Source of the DNA: Bugula neritina
Taxonomy: Eukaryota; Animalia; Bryozoa
Assembly (NCBI GenBank): GCA_964035545.1
Contig: OZ037767.1
Location: 12,943,801 to 13,007,800 of the forward strand
Direction of reading: 5' to 3'
DNA length: 64,000 bases
The position numbers and the translations under genes were made by a program. Below, one piece after another: positions 47,680-64,000 of this stretch. The notes beneath the pieces were generated by a model, which saw only the letters and a list, made by a program, of their open reading frames with translations, was not told where the DNA came from and did no database searches. Each line of letters opens with the position of its first letter. The stretch's first letter is position 1.

Positions 47680-48332
47680 CTATATATAAATAAAAAATGA
47701 ATCAAAAGAACTCAATAATTTAAAAAAATAGAGTATTTATATTTTGTACTGATACAATTCTGGATATAAAAATAAACTTATATATTCATTTTATCGACTA
47801 CAATATTGTTTCATGTGGTGTAAGCTACTATTGTCAGGTCGTTGTGTGTACGGTTGAGTGATTTTGTTCTGAAATTAACATTGTTTGTGTATTGCTACGC
47901 TTGAATGTCCTAATTAGCGCCTGTTGAATGCCAAGTAAAAATCTGCATTTATGTTTGCACGTGCTGGAAAGCTCTTTGCGTTTGTTGAGAGAGGATAGTT
48001 CCGGTTGTTTCAAAATTACATGCTTCTCATAGCTGCGTAAGTTACATCTGTTGGTTAGGTTAAAGTATGAGTTACAAATTTTTAAAATATTCCATTATAG
48101 GCTGAATTTCGTGTTGTTGTTTTTTAAATTCCAGATGTGTCTGCTGAGTTGTGTGTTGTTGGCTTTTTCCGCATGTAGGAAAGAGGCTTTATGGTTATTG
48201 AATCTAGTTTTGAAGGTAGTTAAACAGAGTCCCTTGTATGAATGGCTAGAATTATTGTCATGTCTTGTCACAGGTGCTTGGTATATTACGTCTTTGTGTA
48301 AGCATTTACCATTTAATGGACAGTGGGGAGGA
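47680..48332 (-). mobile_element. Penelope-like element 3' part: GIY-YIG endonuclease remnant and 3' pLTR
   Basis: CPLNGKCLHKDVIYQA..SYKGL..FKTRFNNHKASF..LSRHIWNLK..RCNL..EK..LNKRKEL..CKH, with one internal stop. The frame ends at TGA 47834-47836. Confidence 0.88.
47795..47841 (-). ncRNA. Degenerate minimal hammerhead ribozyme at the Penelope 3' end
   Basis: CGAC-CUGACAA-(weak stem II)-GAAA-CAAUAUUG-UA/GUCG, with palindromic stem III ACAAUAUUGU. The core G8 is changed to A. Confidence 0.65.
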
Positions 48333-48405
48333 TATTAAAGGATATTGAAAATGATGACAAAACTACTAGTGAAAGCTGACAAAACTACTAATTTCTACAA
48401 ACTAT

Positions 48406-48687
48406 TGTAGAGATTTGGTATTAATTATTTTTATCGATAGGACAACTCCTCATTGCTTATTCCCTATATGCATCATGGCACGATGTCTACAATTGCAGCA
48501 GATCAACTATCGTGATAGCTGACAACCGTAATGCTTAGCGTCTGTCCTACACTCGGCTGGACAGTAATTACTAGCTACTAATGTACGCTGTCAACTAAGG
48601 CAAGACTAGTTAATTAAAGATAATAGCTAGCATGCGTGAATAGCCAATCAGCTTAGTAGGAGGTGCGAATAACTCGTGCTAGTAGTT
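48406..48687 (+). mobile_element. Truncated LTR, close copy of the 5' part of LTR 3659-4142
   Basis: Near-identical reverse complement of about 3870-4142. Confidence 0.9.
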
Positions 48688-49274
48688 TTGATGCCAACTT
48701 CCATTGCAAACTATTTTTTATAAGCTATGAGGTAAACTTTTACCAAGCTTATCATAAATACAGTATAGTAGACCCAAAATGTTTGCTTGGCTTTAATATG
48801 TTTTACTTTAGTTTTTCAGTTAACAGTCAACATATGAAGGGCCCCCTTATATAAGCTGACTGACTGTAGCTAGAATAGAATATCAGTCACTATGGCCATT
48901 GAACTGGATATTTTGAGTTCATTGCCTATAGCTGTCATTTTCATATAAACTGTGAAATAAAAATACTAACTAAATCACCCCTGCACAACACTTCATGCTT
49001 CAGTGAGCACTTAGAGATGAGGAGATACTAATGCATAGATTACTAATTACAGGCTTGCTAGCCGACAGGCTAGTGAATAGCTTGCTGCGTACTTAGTTTA
49101 TGGAGCAGCCACAATGGAATGTTGATAAATGATGCAGCCCTTAGTTGAGGCAGCATCATAGCGTAATCTTAGGCTAAAAAATTGCAAGTAGGCCACACGC
49201 ACGCCACCCACAGCTAGCAATAATATAGCAAGATTGTGAGTAAAATTTATGATATTCTCAGTGATATACTAATT

Positions 49275-49366
49275 TTCGGACTGACTAATGCACCTTCTGA
49301 ATAATGCACCTTCGGACCAATGCACCTTCGGAATAATGGACCTTCGGGGCAATGGGCCTTCTGAAT
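49275..49366. repeat. 16-bp tandem repeat (aatgcaccttcggaat) x about 5
   Basis: Direct reading; probably transposon subterminal repeats. Confidence 0.8.
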
Positions 49367-49367
49367 A

Positions 49368-50072
49368 TTGACTAGTCACCATTTTGATGCCACTATGGGA
49401 AGCTATGACAGTACCGAAACCTGCCAACTAATTGAAATATACCTGCTTAATCTATCAACTACTGAAATGAATCTAGAATGCAATTTAGGCCTATATTATA
49501 AAGATGATGGACTCATAATTTGTGAAGGAACACCTAGACATATAGAACAAAACAAGAAACAAATTTGCAACTTTTTTAGAAAATTCAATCTCTCAATTAC
49601 AATAGAAGCCAATAAGAAAGTTGTAAACTTCTTAGACGTAACATTCAATCTAACTAACCAATCCTACAAACCCTATACAAAACCAGGAAACACTATCCTC
49701 TATGTACACAAGCAAAGCGACCATCCACCTGCAGTATTGAAAAACCTACCAGAAAATATAAACAAAAGACTCAGCTCACTATCCTCCAATGAGGAGGAGT
49801 TTAACACCACCATACAACCATACCAAGAAGCACTATCAAACAGTGGATATGACTATAAATTAAAATATAACCGGACACCTAAATCTAACAACAATGATAA
49901 AAATAGAAATAGAAACATATTGTGGTACAACCCACCTTTTAGTTCAACAGTAAAAACCAAAATAGGTATGAAAAATTTCTTCAAATCGTCGACAAATGCT
50001 TTCCACCATCCAACAAACTAAGTAAGATTTTTAATAGGAAAACCATAAAAATTAGTTATTCATTCATGCCCA
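49368..50072 (+). mobile_element. Penelope-like element reverse transcriptase fragment
   Basis: FDATMGSYD, YKDDGL, VNFLDVTFNL, YVHKQSDHPP, ILWYNPPFS, then frameshifted IKISYSFMP. Confidence 0.9.
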
Positions 50073-51469
50073 AAATTTTGTTTTGTTGAATCAGCAAATG
50101 CAAATTCAGAACATCCATGTTGGGCTGTCATACAACATTGAAAGATACAGATTAGTAAAACATGACTCTCCATGCAATTCGCAAAAAAAAATAATATGGA
50201 TTAAACACTGTCTATGAATTCATACTGCTTAAATATACTTCTATATGTAATCTATCACTCTATTATATTTTCAGCAATTTTAATTTAGTGCAACCTAAGT
50301 GAATAAGCCCATGTAGAATAGTTACACAATTGATGCTTTGTAGGCCTCCAACAAAAACAAACTAATCCTTTTGTTGGTTTATTCATAGATGCTATATAGA
50401 TGCATGCCTCTCTCTCTTCACACCAGTTTATAACACTAGCTTTCCTTCCACATGCAAGTAGTCAGCTTTACATTATTATTTCTGTAATAGATACATTGTA
50501 GCTAGTAAAATAACTTCTATAGAGATGTTGATATCTAAATAATAATGGAACGTTAGTTCAAATCAACCAATTTTTTTCTAAGTATATTAGAAAATAATGT
50601 AACAATCTAAGTTTTAAGAATTTCTTGGGTCAAGTCTAACTTTGAATAAAATGGTATTTGGCTTTTCTAAGTACAAACCACCAAATTAGGTGCAAAAAGA
50701 AAAGTTAGTTCAAAATTCATGAACAGCTGTTATTTGAGAGATTTTCATCTACTGAGTTCAAATATGTCTAAGCATTAATAGGAGCCCAAATACAGTTTCT
50801 TAAACTATAATTATATACAAGGTGCACCTTGGCTATCAAGCAACTAACTTGGCTACGAGGGTGGGGACTTTAAGGCCCTCCACTGAATGTTACAGCGTAA
50901 ATTTATATGTTTGCTGTAACGTAATTGTACAACTCTATTCAAAGCAATATTCTTATTATTTGAACGGGATATTTGCTATAGTATTATCTACAGGGATATA
51001 TCGTAAGTTAATATTAGTTACCTTAAATGTTCTTGATGGTTCTTTTAGTGACTCCTCTGGCTCAGAGCTTCTTCTGGTGTTCCCTCGTTTCTTCAGCAAC
51101 TGGTCTTCAGGGGTTGATCTTCAGGAGGCAGTTTTCAAGAGTGCCACAGTATAAGAAAGGCCCACTATTTATGTTAACTGGGCACTCCCTGTAGCTAATA
51201 TTAAACTGCCAGGTTGTTCAGCAGAACTTTTAATAGAAATTATTTCTGACATTAATCCTTAATGTCCATTAATATGCAAGTAGTGAAATTTCAGCAGTTG
51301 TGAATGTGCCTATTGATATAGCTGCCTGCCAATGTGCCAATATCACTTGTTAGCTAATGATACCAAACTACTGCAGGTTACTAAAGTTAGTGTTACTGTT
51401 ACTGTGCTGTTGGTAATTAAATTAGTAAACTAGCAATAACCACTACAACATAGAGAGAATTTCATGAAA

Positions 51470-51686
51470 ATAAACTAAGCAAGTTTATAGTAGCTATCCC
51501 TCTGGGAACCTTGATGGAAAGTTTTTTTTTTCAAGTGGGCTAATGACTTAATCATATGTGGCGCAGCAGGAGTAATTATGACTGGGTGCTCTTCCTAACA
51601 TCACCAATGGCCTTTACTTAGGGTCGTAACCTATGACTTTATGTTTATTAAGTCAGCACTCTAACCTCTAGACCACAGCTGCTCCC
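51470..51686 (-). mobile_element. tRNA-derived SINE copy (duplicate of 36893-37100)
   Basis: Reverse-complement match. Confidence 0.7.
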
Positions 51687-54039
51687 AAAGCATCTGATGA
51701 AAATAGTTTAAGTATAATGTGCAGGTATAATGTACCTAATGTTCACTTTTGTTTCATATAATGGGGAGGCCTATAAACATTCCTTTGAAAAGAAAACTGT
51801 TTTAAAAATTGTTTATTACCTTTAAGAATATACAATGCTTATGGAAACCGGCACATGACCTGACCTAATAACAATAATGCTATATCACATACGTACTCAT
51901 ATTATGACATTATCAAAATGGTAATGAACCCAACAATTAGCAGTTTTATCATACATGAAAACAATAGTCACACATTCTTATAATGCTAACCATAATTGAA
52001 AGCTCAAAAAACAACATTAGCTTTCAATTTCAAAGCTAATGGACATTACATTCAATAAAACTTATAAAAACATGGGGGCTTAGATGTAAAACGTTTAGTC
52101 TCAAATGACCATTGTTTTAATTATCCAGCTGTGTAGCATTAAACACAATAGCATGTATGGGCTATTAGGTTAATAATTTAGATAAATTGTAGCAATTATT
52201 TAGCTGTACTCAATGCTTATACTTATACTACCAAGTTTATGCTGTGCTGCATTAGCAATAAAAATTATCCCAATGCAACATCTGACTGTTACTTGACTTT
52301 ATCCCCTCATCCTACTAGTGGTAGCTTGAGACTTAGAGTTATTTTGTAGACCATCACATGACTTTAAACTCATCCCACATCACCTCACATTATCTTATAC
52401 TCACAATTCCTGTGAAGATCTTGTATATATTTTTTCAAGTCACTTGTGAAAGTTTCTCTTATACACACTTTATCACAAGCAGAGACGTAGATGTTTGCAT
52501 AGTATAATTTAAAGTGTTTTCTTTGGTTTCGTCCCAGATACGTGATATTGTTTCATTTTGGTACAACATATATAATATATAGTAAAATACCCATATATAC
52601 CTATATAGCTGTTGTATTGATTGCTAAACATGAAGTAATAAATAATACGATGTACACCCTTGTTCTAAGTTGCAGTTGTAATATAGCAGTATGTGATATA
52701 TCATGAAATGTATTTATGTATTGTATTCTGTAAATATATTACTTAATAAAAATATTTAATATCTTTATCTTATAATATGTTGTGTCTATCTTTTATTCTA
52801 AAACTTACTGTCTAGTATTGAACAAACAATTGATCCAAGTTAAGATGCATGTCTATGTTGGTTAGTATATTTGTTGATCTGTGTCGTCAGCAAATACTAT
52901 AGACTCTAAAACTGTAACTATATCGTAATAGATCAATTATAATATACCTATATATTATTAAGAATAGTGTGAGGGCTACTATAGATTCTTGTGGTACTCC
53001 ACAGCTTCTCTGTATGAAATCAGAACAAGTGTTAAGTTAGAAACCAATTGTTTATCTTTCAAAAATTGTATTTTCTAGAGAAATATAGTTTTCTCGTTTA
53101 AAATCTTTTTATTACTTGACTAAAAGTAGGTTGTGAAGAGAGTGGTTAGTAATCTCTTGAATCAGGAATCAAAAGCACATGTTACAAAGTAAGGAGGGTC
53201 AGAATAATTTGAGCTAACACTCTATTGACTGATTGGGTACAACTTTCAAAGAAGCCTTCTATAGAAATCTGTGGTTGAGTTATAATAGGTGGTTTACATA
53301 AACAATGTTGTAGAGCAGACTACTTGCACGTAGAAAAGGTGTTTGGGTTATGAGCTGGCATTGAAGGAAAAGTGTGCCTTTATATAGCATCTATAAATAG
53401 ACCAACAAAAGGTTTTATTCATGCTTTCACAAAATTGGTCACTATAGGATATCAAATTACATTCCTTAAGCTATACCTAAGAGAAAAACTTTTTAACATA
53501 GTAATATTGTTACAAATTTGAAAGATATAAATCTATAAAGTGACCCAAATATATAGACACTGCTTGGCATTTGTATTCATATTTGACGCTTCACCTCTTG
53601 TCAATTGCGATTCATTTTACAAATCTATAGTTTTCAATGTTAGAGCAAAATCCAACATAGCTTGATCAGTATGCCGAGCTTGCCTTTGTTGATCCAACAA
53701 AACACCTTCCACCATTTTATTGTGTCAGTATATTTTAGCTAAGCGTTAAGTGCAGTTGACCTACTTTTATGCAATGAACATACTCACTGATAATAAATGA
53801 AGAAGTATTTTACTAAGTGTTGTATCTGTACTTGCAATTTCAGAGAACAAGGATTGTTGCTTTGCAATGTAGTGACATGAACTGATGGGTTGAACCTTGA
53901 TAGGTATCAGAAAGCTTATGTGGTTAAAGTTACACCATGTCAGTGCCCTGGTAGAAGCCTTCAAATGATGCCACCTGCTTGAATGGAGGCAGAATGAAGT
54001 TTTTAGGCACATGCAGACTGGTGCCATTCTTTATTTTAG

Positions 54040-54340
54040 GTAAAGAATGGCACAGGTAAAAATGACACAAATAGAGAATTAGCTAAAAATTACACACTGG
54101 CCTTAAACTTTCCCAGCCCCAAACTCCCACCCCAAATCCTCAATACCGTTATTGAAAATGTGCCACTTTTACCTACTTTTTCATTTGTGTCATTATATTA
54201 ACTGTGTCATTGTTATACCTGTGTCATTGTTGCCTTTGCCATTTTTGTCTGTGCCCTTTTTATCTGTGCCATTTTTACTTCTGCCATTTTTACTTGGGCC
54301 CTTTTTTACCAGTGCCATTATTACCTGTGTCATTTTCAAA
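54040..54340. mobile_element. MITE/foldback-like element with 15-bp subterminal repeats (tgtgccatttttacc)
   Basis: About 10 copies at the right end and 2 inverted copies (ggtaaaaatggcaca-like) at the left end. Lies inside a right-arm-specific insertion. Confidence 0.6.
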
Positions 54341-56108
54341 ATCTTGGCATCTCTCTGTGATATACTGGCTTATACAAAATATAAAACTTCGGCACTCAAT
54401 GATATGAATTCAAGCATATTTTAAAATGAAGCTTAATATTATCAAGATATGCAATGAGTATGAAGAACTAAATTGTTTAGATATCACCATTAGGTGTAAA
54501 CAATATGCTTTGGATATGGTGTTAAACTACTAATTCAAGCCTTGTGCCTTATTCAAGGCTCTTAACTGCTGGAAACTAGTACAGCACTCTGACTTAACTA
54601 GATGCAACTTTCAAATCTGCTTTGTTGGAAGCAATGATACTCTCCCTTCTTTGCGGTGGTAGTCTGCTTTGTAAAATTGCGAGGACCACATCTGAAGCAG
54701 CTGCATTGTGCACAGATTAGCCTGCATAGTTCTTAAAAGTATCAAAAATAATTTTATATAGAAGCAGAATCATACAGCAGCATTCATTAATCAATTAAAT
54801 GATAATATTTGTTTGTGCAAACAGCACTTGACATTTTTAGAGACTAAAAAGCAATAAAAAAAATCAAGTTTTATAGCAACAAAATATTATATCGAACTTT
54901 TTTAGAGATTTTCGAATTTAATTCATTCAAATAATATAAAACTGTTACAGGGGCAAAGAACAACCACAGTTAGTGACTATGCTACTGAGGCAAGCGAGGT
55001 GACCAATTATGGGAGTGTCAAAGCATTTTACTACAGCCGTGAGCCAATTATTTAAGAGCAATGAAAGTTATTGCAAAATATGAATGAAAGCAATGAGCTT
55101 TACATATCCAATGAGATTCCTATATTTTGAATATTCAGTAATATAAAAGATTGAGTGACATTCATAAGCTAGCATTCTGTTATTTGTCAGAACCAGATAA
55201 GCTCTGAAAATTGTAAAATTAAAAAAGAGACAGACATTGGGCAACTTGAGGGAGTATATCAACTGGCTGGAACAGGTGAATATTATCTCTATGCCATGTG
55301 AACTTTTTTATGTTTGAAAAACTTTGTTGCAAACAAGTATCTACAAATATGTTGGTGGCAGATGAAAATATAGGCCCTATCCTGTTTATACAGTATTTTT
55401 GATTTAACAAATAAAATGAAAGGCTTATAGTGAAAACAAATTAGGTGACTAAATTATGAAAACTGATTAATCATAATTTAACACCTGCTTGCCTTTAACC
55501 ACCTTTTTGTAAAGCTACGTGTTTTGATATAGTCAATTGATGAAGATAATTGCAGACACAGGTTACATTTTTTCTGAAATATGGTAAGACAATTTTCACC
55601 AGCTGTGAAGATCAGTTTGAGCTAGCATGAAAATTATAGCACAAGTACTAGATACACTTTTATGGCGCCCAGCATTAACAAAGGAATTAAAGTCTAAAAA
55701 AACTTACACATTTGGATTAGCGGACTGTAGTGTTATAAAATTTTAATTTTACGTGTATTGAGATAGAAATGCTCCAGCTGGAATTAGTAAAATGCTTTAC
55801 TATGGCGGACATAAATGATATTAGCTATTGGAAACTAACTGAATGGATAATTTAAATGACTATGGAAACCATGAGAAGTATATTACATAGCATGAACAAA
55901 TTGACAAATAAACCGTTGAAGAAACAGATATTGTATGGTTAAATAGCTATAGAAAGGCATGATTATATGGGAATGGGAACCCAAAAATAGGTATCATTGC
56001 TACCTAAAATTCAGGGGCAAAGTGGAGCTTATGCTAAACTAGAGGAGCTTGTTATACCTTAACACAAAATGAGGTTGACCTGAATAAACTAAAACTATTT
56101 GCTATAGG

Positions 56109-63967
<7,859 letters not shown>

Positions 63968-64000
63968 CGTAGCCTCGAAAGAGATTTAATGTTTGTCAAC

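Noticed and set aside
51690-51710. Other CTGATGA boxes (also near 39387, 43965, 14982, 35304) as hammerheads
   Set aside because: No stem II, GAAA and stem I arrangement follows them.

Overview
AT-rich, intron-containing animal genomic DNA, probably an invertebrate (the protein families look lophotrochozoan; inference only). Left to right: (1) A decayed Ty3/Gypsy LTR retrotransposon with a tRNA-Leu PBS lies in an intron of an ADAMTS-like reprolysin metalloprotease gene (- strand, 11 phase-consistent exons at 4647-15649, continuing off the left edge). (2) Decayed mucin-like fragments (PTS+SEA on +, EGF+TM on -), several LTRs and a second truncated Gypsy with an extra 3' ORF. (3) A >12 kb inverted duplication (about 25.6-37.9 kb vs 50.8-64 kb) carries two divergently transcribed transmembrane mucin paralogs (signal-PTS-EGF-SEA-like-TM-tail). 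Their Thr/Pro arrays have different repeat units and one copy has a frameshifted cytoplasmic tail. (4) The 13 kb spacer holds a probable SUEL/Gal-lectin-like membrane-protein pseudogene, two back-to-back long palindromes, and Penelope-like retroelement pieces (RT and GIY-YIG). The most notable hidden signal is three minimal type I hammerhead ribozyme motifs on the - strand. Two are identical and sit in short non-coding elements embedded in (TA)n microsatellites; the third is degenerate and overlaps the Penelope stop codon. Exon models were built by eye from splice signals and reading phase; there is no expression evidence.
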